From contig SHVY01000004.1 in NCBI GenBank assembly GCA_009694045.1, positions 3,866-67,865 of the forward strand: a stretch of 64,000 nucleotides of DNA. The letters run 5' to 3'. The notes beneath the pieces are model-generated. The model saw nothing but the letters and a program-made list of their open reading frames with translations. It was not told the origin of the DNA and searched no databases. A program made the translations under genes and the position numbers. Source of the stretch: Alphaproteobacteria bacterium (lineage in GTDB: Bacteria; Pseudomonadota; Alphaproteobacteria; SP197). Numbering within the stretch: the first letter of the stretch is position 1; each line of letters begins with the position of its first letter. Positions 10,161 to 19,835 of this stretch are shown here, one piece after another.

Positions 10161-12497
10161 ATGCCACAACGTATGATGATCGACGCGACCCATGCGGAGG
10201 AGACCCGGGTCGTCGTCATGAATGGCAGTCGCCTTGAAGAATTCGACTTCGAGGCGTCGACCAGGAAGCAGCTCAAGGGCAACATCTATCTCGCGAAGAT
10301 CACGCGGGTCGAGCCGTCGCTGCAGGCCGCCTTCGTCGAATTCGGCGGGAACCGGCATGGTTTCCTAGCCTTCAACGAAATTCACTCGGATTACTACCAG
10401 ATCCCGATCGCCGATCGGCAGGCCTTGGCGGCTGAGCAGGCCGAGCTGGAACTGGCCTCGGCGCAGCATGATGCCGACGAGGCGCCGGCCGCGAAGACCG
10501 GCGAAGGCGGCGACGAGGAAGAGGGTGGCACGGTCGAGCAGCTGGGCGGTGGTGAATCCGACGAGATGGCCAACCGCCGGTCGCGGCCATCGCCGCGCAA
10601 CTACAAGATCCACGAGGTCATCAAGAAGCGGCAGATCCTCCTGGTTCAGGTGGTCAAGGAGGAGCGCGGCACCAAGGGTGCTGCCCTCACGACCTACATT
10701 TCGATCGCCGGGCGGTATTGCGTCCTGATGCCGAACACGCCGCGTGGCGGCGGGATCAGCCGCAAGATCACGGACGTCAAGGCGCGCAAGAAGCTGCGCG
10801 CCATCGCCAGCGACCTGGCCGTGCCGGAAGGCATGGGCGTGATCATCCGCACAGCTGGACTGGAGCGGACCAAGGCCGAAATCAAGCGGGACTGCGACTA
10901 TCTGCTGCGCCAATGGGAGCAGATTCGCGAGCTGACCCTGAAATCGACCGCGCCATCGCTGATCTTCGAGGAAGCGAACCTGATCAAGCGGACGCTGCGC
11001 GATCTGTACAGCAGCGGGGTCGACGAGATCCTGGTGGAAGGCGAAGACGGCCACAAGACCGCCAAGGACTTCATGCGGATGATGATGCCGAGCCACGCCA
11101 AGAAGGTGAAGCTCTACAAGGAGCGCATCCCGCTGTTCCAGCGCTACAAGGTCGAAGGCCAGCTCGATGCCATGCACAGCCCGACGGTTCAGCTCAAGTC
11201 GGGCGGCTACATCGTCATCAACCCGACCGAGGCCCTGGTCGCGATCGACGTGAACTCCGGCCGCTCCACCAAGGAGCGCAACATCGAGGAGACGGCGTCC
11301 AAGACCAACCTCGAGGCCGCGGACGAGGTGGCGCGGCAGATTCGGCTGCGGGACCTGGCCGGGCTGATCGTCGTCGATTTCATCGACATGGACGAGCGGC
11401 GCAACGACCGGAACGTCGAAAAGCGGTTCAAGGACGCACTGAAGACCGACCGGGCCCGCATTCAGCTCGGCCGGATCAGCCCCTTCGGGCTGCTGGAGAT
11501 GTCGCGGCAGCGCTTGCGCCCGAGCATCATCGAGACGTCGACCTCGGTTTGCCCCTACTGTGGCGGCCAGGGCCATATCCGATCCATCGAATCGACCGCG
11601 CTGCACGTCCTGCGCGCCATCGAGGAAGAGGGTGTGAAGGAGAGCGCGAGCGAGATCGCGGTCTACGTGCCGACCCCGATCGCGCTGTACCTGTTGAACC
11701 AGAAGCGGGCATCGGTCGTGGGAATCGAGGAGCGCTATGGCTTGCGCGTCACCATCGAGCGCGACGACACCCTGGTTCCGCCGAACCTACGCATCGAACG
11801 GACGCAGCCACGGCTGGCACCGGCCACCGAAAGCATCGTCGAACGGCCCGAACAACCCGAACAACTCGAACAGCCCGAGGAAGCGGCGGCGGAGGAGGCA
11901 GCACCCCGACCGCGCGCCGCCGAGGCGGCGGCCACTGGCGAAGAGGGCGACCACCGCCGGCGCCGGCGCCGGCGCCGGCGGGATGGTGAACCCGCGCAAG
12001 GCAAGACCACGGAGCGGGCGGCCCGGACCAGCGAACCACGGACACCCGAGCCGGAGGAGGACGCCGCCGAGGAGCCGGGCGAGCGCGCAGCGGACGCCGA
12101 GGCGGAAGGCTCGGCGCCGGCCAACGGCGAGGCGCGGCGGCCCCGGCGGCGGCGCGGTCGGCGGGGTGGGCGGCGGCGCGGGCGCCCCGGCGAAGGTGGA
12201 CAGGACGGCGCGGCCGCGACCAACGGCGACGGCGCCCACGACACGACCGTCGAATCCGTACCCCTGGCGAGCGAAGGCCAGGAATCCTGGGACGATCAAG
12301 GGGGGGAACCTCCGGTCCAGCCCGAGGCGGTCGAGCCGGCCCCGAGCTGGCGCGACAAACCCGAACCGGCGGGGGCGAGGCAGGACGAGATCGTCACCCG
12401 TGTCACCCAACCGGCGGCGGAGCCCGAGGGACGCGACGAGCCGTCGGGGCCGCGCGATCCGGCCCGCAAGGGTTGGTGGCAGCGTCTGCTCGATTAG
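10161..12497 (+). CDS. rne: Ribonuclease E
   Basis: MPQRMMIDATHAEETRVVVMNGSRLEEFDFE...S1 domain...the zinc-link CPYCGGQG. An Arg/Glu/Pro-rich low-complexity C-terminal scaffold includes (CGCCGG)n encoding R9. Confidence 0.9.
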   Translation: MPQRMMIDATHAEETRVVVMNGSRLEEFDFEASTRKQLKGNIYLAKITRVEPSLQAAFVEFGGNRHGFLAFNEIHSDYYQIPIADRQALAAEQAELELASAQHDADEAPAAKTGEGGDEEEGGTVEQLGGGESDEMANRRSRPSPRNYKIHEVIKKRQILLVQVVKEERGTKGAALTTYISIAGRYCVLMPNTPRGGGISRKITDVKARKKLRAIASDLAVPEGMGVIIRTAGLERTKAEIKRDCDYLLRQWEQIRELTLKSTAPSLIFEEANLIKRTLRDLYSSGVDEILVEGEDGHKTAKDFMRMMMPSHAKKVKLYKERIPLFQRYKVEGQLDAMHSPTVQLKSGGYIVINPTEALVAIDVNSGRSTKERNIEETASKTNLEAADEVARQIRLRDLAGLIVVDFIDMDERRNDRNVEKRFKDALKTDRARIQLGRISPFGLLEMSRQRLRPSIIETSTSVCPYCGGQGHIRSIESTALHVLRAIEEEGVKESASEIAVYVPTPIALYLLNQKRASVVGIEERYGLRVTIERDDTLVPPNLRIERTQPRLAPATESIVERPEQPEQLEQPEEAAAEEAAPRPRAAEAAATGEEGDHRRRRRRRRRDGEPAQGKTTERAARTSEPRTPEPEEDAAEEPGERAADAEAEGSAPANGEARRPRRRRGRRGGRRRGRPGEGGQDGAAATNGDGAHDTTVESVPLASEGQESWDDQGGEPPVQPEAVEPAPSWRDKPEPAGARQDEIVTRVTQPAAEPEGRDEPSGPRDPARKGWWQRLLD

Positions 12498-12502
12498 TGT
12501 CG

Positions 12503-12590
12503 TGTTTGGGGCGGGCCACAAGATTGAGAATCTTCCTAGTGCTTTAGACTCCGACGGATCGTGAACGATCCGTCGGAGTCAAAGCACTAG
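12503..12590. repeat. Palindromic intergenic repeat, family 1, copy C (half of module 1 + module 2)
   Basis: TTTGGGGCGGGCCACAAGATTGAGAATCTT, then the 54-nt near-perfect palindrome CTAGTGCTTTAGACTCCGACGGATCG-TGAA-CGATCCGTCGGAGTCAAAGCACTAG. Its terminal CTAG gives the aminotransferase stop codon. Confidence 0.8.
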
Positions 12591-13738
12591 CGACCGAGCC
12601 AGGTTCGCAGCCGCCGGGCTGCTTCGGCCATGTCGGCGGTGGAACCCGCGAAGGAGAGGCGAACCCAGCGCGCTCCGCGCGGCGGGTCGAAGTCGACGCC
12701 GGGGGTGATGGCCACCCCGGTGTCCGCCAGCAAGCGTCGGCAGAAATCCTGGCTGTCGTTGCTGACCCGGGAGACGTCGGCATAGACGTAGAAGGCGCCG
12801 TCCGCCCGGCTGAGGTTTTCGAGCCCGGCGTGGGGCAACTCCGCGAGCAGCAGGTCGCGATTGCGGGCGTAGCGGGCGACGTTGGCCTCGAGCTCGTCGC
12901 GGCAATCGAAGGCCGCGAGGGCCGCGCGCTGCGACAGGGCGGGCGGCGAGATGAAGAGGTTCTGGGCCAGGCGCTCGATCGGCGTCACCAGGTCCTCGGG
13001 GACCACCAGCCAGCCGAGGCGCCAGCCGGTCATCGAGAAGTACTTGGAGAAGCTGTTGACGACGACCGCGTCCGGATCGAGCGCCGCGGCGGTTGCCGCC
13101 GCCCGGCCGAAGGTGATGCCGTGGTAGATCTCGTCGGACACCAGGCGGATGCCGCGCCGGCGGCAGGACGCGACCAGGGCGGCGAGCTCGGGCCCGGAAA
13201 GCATGGTGCCCGCCGGGTTCGACGGGCTGGCGACGATCAGGCCGTCGATCCGCCCCGGCACGGATTCCAGCAGGGCGGGCGTCGGCTGGAAATTGGTCGT
13301 GCCGTCGACCGGGATCTGCACGGCTTCGACCCCGAGTGCCGCGAGGATGTTGCGGTAGCAAGGGTAGCCCGGCTCGGCGAGGGCCACCCGATCCCCGACG
13401 TCGAAGCACGCCAGGAACGCCAGAAGAAACCCGCCCGACGATCCCGTGGTGACGGCGATGCGCTCGGCGGGAATCGGCGTCGCGTAGGTGTCGCGGTAGT
13501 GGCGGGCGATCGCCTCGCGCAAGGGGTCGAGCCCAAGCGCCAGGGTATAGCCGAGGCCGTCCTCGTCCAGGGCTCGCTTGGCGGCTCCCAGAACCTTGCG
13601 CGGTGCCGGCGTGCTCGGCTGCCCCACTTCTAGGTGGAGAACGTCGCCCCCGGCGGCGGCGCGCAGCGCGGCGGCGCGCATCACCTCCATGACGATGAAC
13701 GGGGCGATGGCCCCCCGCCTGGCCTGTTTTAGGGCCAT
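12587..13738 (-). CDS. PLP-dependent aminotransferase (class I/II)
   Basis: Trimmed to MALKQARRGAIAPFIVMEV...NSFSKYFSMTGWRLGW, which contains the PLP-binding lysine motif. The upstream in-frame extension is not conserved-looking. Confidence 0.8.
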   Translation of the reverse strand: MALKQARRGAIAPFIVMEVMRAAALRAAAGGDVLHLEVGQPSTPAPRKVLGAAKRALDEDGLGYTLALGLDPLREAIARHYRDTYATPIPAERIAVTTGSSGGFLLAFLACFDVGDRVALAEPGYPCYRNILAALGVEAVQIPVDGTTNFQPTPALLESVPGRIDGLIVASPSNPAGTMLSGPELAALVASCRRRGIRLVSDEIYHGITFGRAAATAAALDPDAVVVNSFSKYFSMTGWRLGWLVVPEDLVTPIERLAQNLFISPPALSQRAALAAFDCRDELEANVARYARNRDLLLAELPHAGLENLSRADGAFYVYADVSRVSNDSQDFCRRLLADTGVAITPGVDFDPPRGARWVRLSFAGSTADMAEAARRLRTWLGR

Positions 13739-13742
13739 GCGG

Positions 13743-15365
13743 TCAGTTGATGAACGCGTAGCCAAGGCCGCGCGGGTCGGTGGCGACGGTGCAGCTCTCC
13801 GGATTGGCTGGAAGGCCCTCGGGGCAAAGTATCGCGTTGACCAGGCCGAGCTCGGGCACCTCGCGCAGGGTATGACCCGCCCCCGCGAGCCCGTCGCGCA
13901 GCTCCGCATCGAGGCCCGCCTCGTACACCACCAGATCGGGATCGCCGATGTGCAGCGCCCGCGACGCGGCGATGGCCCGATCGAGGGAACCCTCCGCGAG
14001 GAGCGCCTCCGCCATCGTCGTCGCCAGGGCCGGGACTGCGGCCAGACCGCCGGACGCCGCGCCGACGAACACCACCTGGCTCGAGTTGTGGTTGGCGACG
14101 ATCAGGGGAACCAGCGACTGCGGCTGGGAGGATGGCGGCGCGGCCATGATGATGCCAAGGCCCGGTGCCATCCGCCCGACCCCGAACAGGTTGTTCATGG
14201 TCACCACGCACGCCGCCGCCTGGCCGAAGGGATCGACGGCGACGACGCCGGTGGCGGCCGGATTCTCGGTCGTCGCCACCGGGGCATCGGCGAACGAGGC
14301 CGGCGCCGTTGCCCGGTCGCTGGCATAGCCCGCCATGAGGCCGTCGAGCCGATCGGTCGCGAGGATGACCGCGGAGTCCCCGCCGGCCGACCATGCCGCG
14401 CGATCGGCCTGTACCCGCAAGCCGGCCTCGACGATCAGGTGGACGCGCTCCGGGGGGCCGGCGTCGGCATAGCGATCGTCGGCGTCCAGCAGGCGCAGAA
14501 GCTCGAGCGCCGCGATCCCGGATGTGGCCGGGGGCAGGGCCGCGTGCACGAGCCGATACCCGACCGGCAGCGCGGCGGTCGAAGTCCAGCGCGGCGCATA
14601 GTCCCGCAGTTCCGCGAGGTCCAGGGTCCCGCCCATGGCCGCGACACCGTCACTCAGGCGGCGGGCGAGCATGCCGCCGTAAAACTCGCCGACTCCGCGG
14701 GTGCGAATCTGGCTCAGTGTCGCCGCCAGATCGAGCTGCACCAGGTCATCGCCCTGGGCGAGCGGTTGCTTGTTCCGCTTCGCGAAGACGGATCGGCTCG
14801 ACGAATCCTGCAACAGGGCGGGCGCCACCAGGGCCAGATCGTCCGCCAGGGTGCGCGACATGGGGTGACCGAACCGGGCCAGGGCTTCCGCCGGAGCGAT
14901 CAACTGCTCGAAGCGCAGGCGCCCGTAACGACTGTTGAGTGCGTACAGCCCGCGCGGCAGGCCGGGAACCGCCGTTGGTCGTTCGGCGGCCGGGCCCGAT
15001 GCCCGGGATCGGGTCGCGGGAAACTCCAGGGCTTCGACCTGATTGGTCACGGGGTCGTAGACTAGGCAGACCCCGCCGCCCCCGAGCGATGCCGCCGATG
15101 GATAGGTCACGGTCGCGGCGAACAGATAGGCGACGACCGCATCGGCGGCGTTGCCGCCCTGGACGAGGATCTCCCGGGCCGCCAGCGCGGCCCGCGGCTC
15201 GTCCCCGGCGACCGCCCCGAAGAAACCCTCCGGCGCGGCGGCCGGCAGGCCGCCGCCAACGTCGGACCCGCAGCCGGAGAGGAGCAGCGCCAGCGTCGTC
15301 CCGAATTGACGGAGACGCGCCCCGTACCTACGTTCCCTCCAACCCCGCCGGGCAATCCGTACCAT
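13743..15365 (-). CDS. ggt: Gamma-glutamyltransferase family protein (probable lipoprotein)
   Basis: ...TGVVAVDPFGQAAACVVTMNNLFGVG is the autoprocessing Thr region. The start is chosen at MVRIARR...TTLALLLSGC, which gives a lipobox. Confidence 0.75.
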   Translation of the reverse strand: MVRIARRGWRERRYGARLRQFGTTLALLLSGCGSDVGGGLPAAAPEGFFGAVAGDEPRAALAAREILVQGGNAADAVVAYLFAATVTYPSAASLGGGGVCLVYDPVTNQVEALEFPATRSRASGPAAERPTAVPGLPRGLYALNSRYGRLRFEQLIAPAEALARFGHPMSRTLADDLALVAPALLQDSSSRSVFAKRNKQPLAQGDDLVQLDLAATLSQIRTRGVGEFYGGMLARRLSDGVAAMGGTLDLAELRDYAPRWTSTAALPVGYRLVHAALPPATSGIAALELLRLLDADDRYADAGPPERVHLIVEAGLRVQADRAAWSAGGDSAVILATDRLDGLMAGYASDRATAPASFADAPVATTENPAATGVVAVDPFGQAAACVVTMNNLFGVGRMAPGLGIIMAAPPSSQPQSLVPLIVANHNSSQVVFVGAASGGLAAVPALATTMAEALLAEGSLDRAIAASRALHIGDPDLVVYEAGLDAELRDGLAGAGHTLREVPELGLVNAILCPEGLPANPESCTVATDPRGLGYAFIN

Positions 15366-16701
15366 GTTCAAGCTCTGCCGCATTCTGATGGCCCTCGCCC
15401 TGGCCGCGGGGCCAACCCCGGCGCGCGCCGAACACAATCCCCTGACCCTGATCCGGGACGCGGAAATCGAACACATCATCCGGCTTTATGCCACTCCGTT
15501 GTTCCAGGCCGCCGGCCTGGAGCCCTCGGCGATCAAGGTCTATCTGGTCCAGGACAAGGGCATCAACGCGTTCGTGGCCGGCGGGATGAACCTGTTCATC
15601 AACACCGGGCTAATCCTCAAAGCGAAGAGCGCCAACCAGCTCATCGGCGTGATCGCCCACGAAACCGGCCACATCGCCGGCGGCCACGTCATCCGCACCC
15701 GCGAGGCTCTGACCCAGGCTCGCGGCGCGGCCCTGCTGGCGACCATCCTCGGCGCCGCCGTGATCGTCGCGGGAGGCGGCTCCACCGGCGCCGGCGTCGT
15801 GCTGGGCGGCCGCGGGGTCGCCGAACGGCTGGTCTACAGCTTCAGCCGAAGCCAGGAGAATGCGGCCGACCAGGCGGCGCTCAGCTACCTCGACGCAATC
15901 GGTCAGTCCGCCCGTGGCCTGATGGAGTTCTTCGACGTGCTGGGGCAACAGGAGCTCTTCAGTTCCGCGCGCCAGGACCCCTACCTCAGCACCCATCCCC
16001 TGACGCGGGAGCGGATCTCCGCGGTCCGCTCCCATGTCGAGACCGCGCCCAACGCCGGATCGCCGGCCGAGTTCGACGCGCTGTTCGCCCGCATGACGGC
16101 GAAGCTCGCCGGGTATCTGGAGAAACCGGACGTCCTGCGGCGCCGCTACCCGGACTCGGATCGGACCGTCGAAGCTCGGTACGCGCATGCGATCGGGCTG
16201 TACCGCCAGGCGAAGATCGGGCCGGCTCTGGCGCTGATCGACGAACTCCTGCGGGAGCGGCCCGACGACGCGTTCTTCCAGGAGCTGCGTGGCCAGGTTC
16301 TGCTGGAGAACGGTCGCATCGAGGAGGCGTTGCCGGCCTATCGGCGGGCCGTGGAGCTGGAACCCGACGAGCCCCTCCTCCGGGTCGGCCTCGCCCAGGC
16401 GCTGATCGAGACCGCGACGCCGGCTGGGGGCGACCAGGCCGCGATCGAGCTCGAACGCGCCATGCAGGTCGATCGCGACAACGCCGGTGCCTGGCGTCTC
16501 CTCGGCGCGGCCTACAGCCTGAAGGGCGACGAAGCCATGGCCGCGCTCGCGACCGCCGAGTCGGCGCTGTTGCGGAATCAGATGGAGGACGCCGCCCGCT
16601 TCGCCGAACGAGCGGTGAAGGGTCTCGATCCCGGCACCCCCGCCTGGCTGCGAGCCCAGGACATCCTCGCCGCGACGGAATCGGCGGAATTGAACCCCTA
16701 G
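15364..16701 (+). CDS. M48 family metallopeptidase with C-terminal TPR (BepA/YfgC-like)
   Basis: The signal peptide [22 protein letters not shown] is followed by the HEXXH motif ([12 protein letters not shown]) and C-terminal TPR repeats. Confidence 0.8.
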   Translation: MFKLCRILMALALAAGPTPARAEHNPLTLIRDAEIEHIIRLYATPLFQAAGLEPSAIKVYLVQDKGINAFVAGGMNLFINTGLILKAKSANQLIGVIAHETGHIAGGHVIRTREALTQARGAALLATILGAAVIVAGGGSTGAGVVLGGRGVAERLVYSFSRSQENAADQAALSYLDAIGQSARGLMEFFDVLGQQELFSSARQDPYLSTHPLTRERISAVRSHVETAPNAGSPAEFDALFARMTAKLAGYLEKPDVLRRRYPDSDRTVEARYAHAIGLYRQAKIGPALALIDELLRERPDDAFFQELRGQVLLENGRIEEALPAYRRAVELEPDEPLLRVGLAQALIETATPAGGDQAAIELERAMQVDRDNAGAWRLLGAAYSLKGDEAMAALATAESALLRNQMEDAARFAERAVKGLDPGTPAWLRAQDILAATESAELNP

Positions 16702-16831
16702 TACCCGATCTCGGAGTTTCGCGGCCTTCGGGCGCAAAGCCCGAGATCGGGTACAAGCTCATGAATCTGTACCGATTTCGCGGCTCCGGAGTCGACTTCG
16801 GCGACTCCGGAACTCGCGAAAGTCGGTACTA
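16698..16831. repeat. Palindromic intergenic repeat, family 2 (two tandem GTAC-flanked hairpins, CTAG termini)
   Basis: Hairpin A is GTACCCGATCTCGG-23nt-CCGAGATCGGGTAC with a perfect 14-bp stem. Hairpin B is GTACCGATTTCGCGGCTCCGGAGTCG-ACTTC-GGCGACTCCGGAACTCGCGAAAGTCGGTAC. The whole is flanked by CTAG...CTAG, and the left CTAG supplies the peptidase stop. Confidence 0.7.
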
Positions 16832-16936
16832 GGCGGACTCGCGCCCCGTGGCCCGCTCCCGGTTGACGGCCCCAAACAGACGTGTCATGGCATCACCGGC
16901 ACCGGACTGCGGTGCCCTCACTGCGAGAGCCCCACG

Positions 16937-17389
16937 TTGGCAACGCGACGTGCCCTGATCTTCGTCCTCAACGGACCCAATCTGAACCTGCTCGGCACGC
17001 GCGAGCCCGGGATCTATGGGCGCCAGACGCTCGCCGACATTCGGGCGCTGTGCGCCGGCAAGGCCAAGGAGCTGGGGCTGGAGGTCGACGTCCGCCAATC
17101 GAATCACGAGGGAGTCCTGATCGATTGGGTGCACGAGGCGAAAGACAAGGCCCGGGGCATCGCCATCAATCCCGGTGGCTATACCCATACCTCGGTCGCG
17201 CTCATGGACGCGATCAGCGCCGTCGGACTGCCGACCGTGGAGGTGCACCTTTCGAACATCCAGCGGCGCGAGGAGTTTCGCCGGCACTCCTACGTCGGCC
17301 AGGCGGCCACCGGCTCGATCTGCGGGTTCGGGGCGGAGGGCTACGGCTTGGCGCTCGCCGCGCTCAAATCGCTCATCGGCCGAGCCTAG
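16937..17389 (+). CDS. aroQ: 3-dehydroquinate dehydratase, type II
   Basis: [24 protein letters not shown]...[13 protein letters not shown] is a full-length match to the type II DHQase family. Confidence 0.9.
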   Translation: MATRRALIFVLNGPNLNLLGTREPGIYGRQTLADIRALCAGKAKELGLEVDVRQSNHEGVLIDWVHEAKDKARGIAINPGGYTHTSVALMDAISAVGLPTVEVHLSNIQRREEFRRHSYVGQAATGSICGFGAEGYGLALAALKSLIGRA

Positions 17390-17391
17390 GG

Positions 17392-17832
17392 ATGGGCCGT
17401 CTCGCCATCGATCCGGACGCGATCCGCGAACTCGCCCGGTTGCTCGACGAAACCGGGCTATCGGAGATCGAGGTCGGCGACGGCAGCCGGCACCTGCGGG
17501 TCGCGCGCGGAGCGGCCCCGATGGTGGTTTCGGTTCCAGCGCCAACGGTCGACCCGACCGCCGCCGGGCAACACGCCGCTGCCGATGCCGCCCCGGCCGG
17601 CACGCCCGTGACGTCGCCCATGGTTGGCACCGCCTATCTGGCGCCCGAGCCCAATGCCGCCCCCTTCGTCCGGGTCGGCGACACGGTCAACGAGGGCCAG
17701 ACGCTCCTGGTGATCGAGGCGATGAAGGTGATGAACCCGATCCGGGCACCGCGGCGCGGGCGGGTGGCCGAGGTGCGCGTGGCGAGCGGCAGCCCGGTCG
17801 AGTTCGGCGAGGTTCTGGTGGTCCTCGGTTAG
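17392..17832 (+). CDS. accB: Acetyl-CoA carboxylase biotin carboxyl carrier protein
   Basis: The C-terminus carries the biotinyl-lysine motif EAMKVMN. It starts 2 bp after the aroQ stop, matching the classic aroQ-accB-accC arrangement. Confidence 0.85.
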   Translation: MGRLAIDPDAIRELARLLDETGLSEIEVGDGSRHLRVARGAAPMVVSVPAPTVDPTAAGQHAAADAAPAGTPVTSPMVGTAYLAPEPNAAPFVRVGDTVNEGQTLLVIEAMKVMNPIRAPRRGRVAEVRVASGSPVEFGEVLVVLG

Positions 17833-17839
17833 AGGGGCC

Positions 17840-19186
17840 ATGTTCGACAAGGTCCTGATCGCGAACCGAGGTGAGATCGCGCTGCGCATCCACCGCGCCT
17901 GCCGCGAGATGGGCATCCGCACCGTCGCCGTCCATTCCACCGCCGACGCCGACGCCATGCACGTCCGGCTGGCCGACGAATCGGTGTGCATCGGACCGCC
18001 GGCCGCGGCCGAAAGCTACCTGAACATCCCCGCCATCGTCTCCGCCGCCGAGATCACCAACGCGGATGCCATCCACCCCGGCTACGGGTTCCTGTCGGAG
18101 AACGCGCGGTTCGCCGAGATTGTCGAGGAGCATGGGATCGTGTTCATCGGGCCGACGCCCGAGCACATCCGCCTGATGGGCGACAAGGTCGCCGCCAAGG
18201 CGACCGCCAGGCGGCTGAACATTCCCGTGGTACCAGGATCCGAAGGGACGGTCGCGGACGTGGCATCCGCCCAGGAAATCGCCCGGGCGATCGGCTATCC
18301 CGTGGTGCTGAAGGCAACGGCGGGCGGCGGCGGGCGTGGGATCAAGCTGGTGGTCGACGACGCGGAGCTGGACCGAGCCTTCCCCATCGCCGGCGCCGAG
18401 GCTTTGTCCGCCTTCGGTGACGGGTCGTTGTACGTCGAGCGTTTCCTGGTGCGGCCGCGGCACATCGAGATCCAGGTGCTGGCGGATGGCCAAGGCGCCG
18501 CAGTCCACCTCGGCGAACGCGACTGTTCGCTGCAGCGCCGGCACCAGAAGGTCCTGGAAGAGACGCCATCGCCGGCCCTGAACGGCGCCGAACGCGATCG
18601 GATCGGCCAGGTCGTGGTCGAGGCGATGCGCGCCCTCGGCTACCGCGGGGTCGGAACCGTGGAGTTCCTCTACGACGGATCCGGCTTCTACTTCATCGAG
18701 ATGAACACCCGCCTTCAGGTCGAACATCCGATCACCGAGATGGTCACCGGGTTCGACATCGTGCGCGAGCAGCTCAAGGTCGCGGCCGGCATACCCCTTG
18801 GTATCACCCAGGCCGACGTGCGCTTCCAAGGCCACGCGATCGAGTGCCGCATCACCGCCGAGGACCCGGTCACGTTCGCGCCGTCGCCGGGCAGGATCGG
18901 CAGCTACCATGCCCCTGGCGGGCTGGGCGTGCGGGTCGACTCGGCGCTGTACGGCGGCTATCTCGTCCCGCCGTTCTACGACAGCCTGATCGCCAAGCTG
19001 ATTGTCCATGGCCGCAACCGCAACGAGTGCCTGATGCGCCTGCGCCGGGCGTTGGAGGAGTACGTCATCGACGGCGTGTCGACGACGATTCCCCTGCACC
19101 AGCGCCTGATCGGCGAGGCCGAATTCGCCAACGGCGCGTACGACGTCGGCTGGTTGGAGCGGCTGATGGCCGGGCCAAGCGGCTAG
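17840..19186 (+). CDS. accC: Acetyl-CoA carboxylase biotin carboxylase subunit
   Basis: [33 protein letters not shown]...an ATP-grasp fold that is near-identical in pattern to AccC. Confidence 0.95.
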   Translation: MFDKVLIANRGEIALRIHRACREMGIRTVAVHSTADADAMHVRLADESVCIGPPAAAESYLNIPAIVSAAEITNADAIHPGYGFLSENARFAEIVEEHGIVFIGPTPEHIRLMGDKVAAKATARRLNIPVVPGSEGTVADVASAQEIARAIGYPVVLKATAGGGGRGIKLVVDDAELDRAFPIAGAEALSAFGDGSLYVERFLVRPRHIEIQVLADGQGAAVHLGERDCSLQRRHQKVLEETPSPALNGAERDRIGQVVVEAMRALGYRGVGTVEFLYDGSGFYFIEMNTRLQVEHPITEMVTGFDIVREQLKVAAGIPLGITQADVRFQGHAIECRITAEDPVTFAPSPGRIGSYHAPGGLGVRVDSALYGGYLVPPFYDSLIAKLIVHGRNRNECLMRLRRALEEYVIDGVSTTIPLHQRLIGEAEFANGAYDVGWLERLMAGPSG

Positions 19187-19193
19187 GGTTCGG

Positions 19194-19784
19194 GTGGTCG
19201 AACTCACCGCCGAGCTGCTGCTCAGGGCGTATGCCGCCGGCCTGTTCCCCATGGCCGAGGACCGCGACGATCCGTACCTCCACTGGGTCGATCCGGATGC
19301 CCGCGGCGTGATTCCGCTGGCTGACTTTCACGTCCCGCGCCGCCTCGCCCGCACCGTGCGACGGAGCGAATTCAAAATCAGGGTCGACACGGATTTCGAC
19401 GCGGTCATCGCCGGCTGCGCCGAATCGACCGCAAAGCGCCCCCGCACCTGGATCAACCACCAGATCCTGCGACTCTACGGCGAGTTGTTCGCCCGAGGTC
19501 ACGTCCACACGGTCGAATGCTGGCGCGAGGGCCGGCTGGTCGGCGGACTCTACGGCGTGTCGCTCAGGGCGGCGTTCTTCGGCGAGAGCATGTTCAGCCG
19601 CGAACGCGACGCCAGCAAGGTCGCCCTCGCGCACCTGGTGGAGCGCTTGCGGCTCAGGGGTTTCCGTCTCCTGGACACCCAGTTCGTCACCCCGCACCTA
19701 GCGATGTTCGGCGCCATCGAGGTGCCGCGCGAGCGCTATCGCGCCCTCTTGGCCGATGCCTTTCAGGTGCAAGCCCGGTTCTAG
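19194..19784 (+). CDS. aat: Leucyl/phenylalanyl-tRNA--protein transferase
   Basis: ...[26 protein letters not shown]...FFGESMFSR is the Aat family signature. Its stop TAG (19782-19784) lies inside the repeat terminus CTAG. Confidence 0.85.
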   Translation: MVELTAELLLRAYAAGLFPMAEDRDDPYLHWVDPDARGVIPLADFHVPRRLARTVRRSEFKIRVDTDFDAVIAGCAESTAKRPRTWINHQILRLYGELFARGHVHTVECWREGRLVGGLYGVSLRAAFFGESMFSRERDASKVALAHLVERLRLRGFRLLDTQFVTPHLAMFGAIEVPRERYRALLADAFQVQARF

Positions 19785-19835
19785 TGGTCCGCCCCAAACA
19801 CGATGCTGAATCATGCGTTTGTGTCGGACCACTAG
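19781..19835. repeat. Palindromic intergenic repeat, family 1, copy D (complete module 1 with CTAG termini)
   Basis: CTAGTGGTCCGCCCCAAACACGATGCTGAATCATGCGTTTGTGTCGGACCACTAG. The termini are a perfect 11-bp inverted repeat. The left CTAG contains the aat stop and the right CTAG contains the DUF2155 stop on the other strand. Confidence 0.85.

Noticed and set aside
16882-17832. 316-aa + ORF spanning aroQ and accB.
   Set aside because: It is an out-of-frame read-through of aroQ that merges with the true accB frame. The real accB starts at the ATG at 17392, 2 bp after the aroQ stop.
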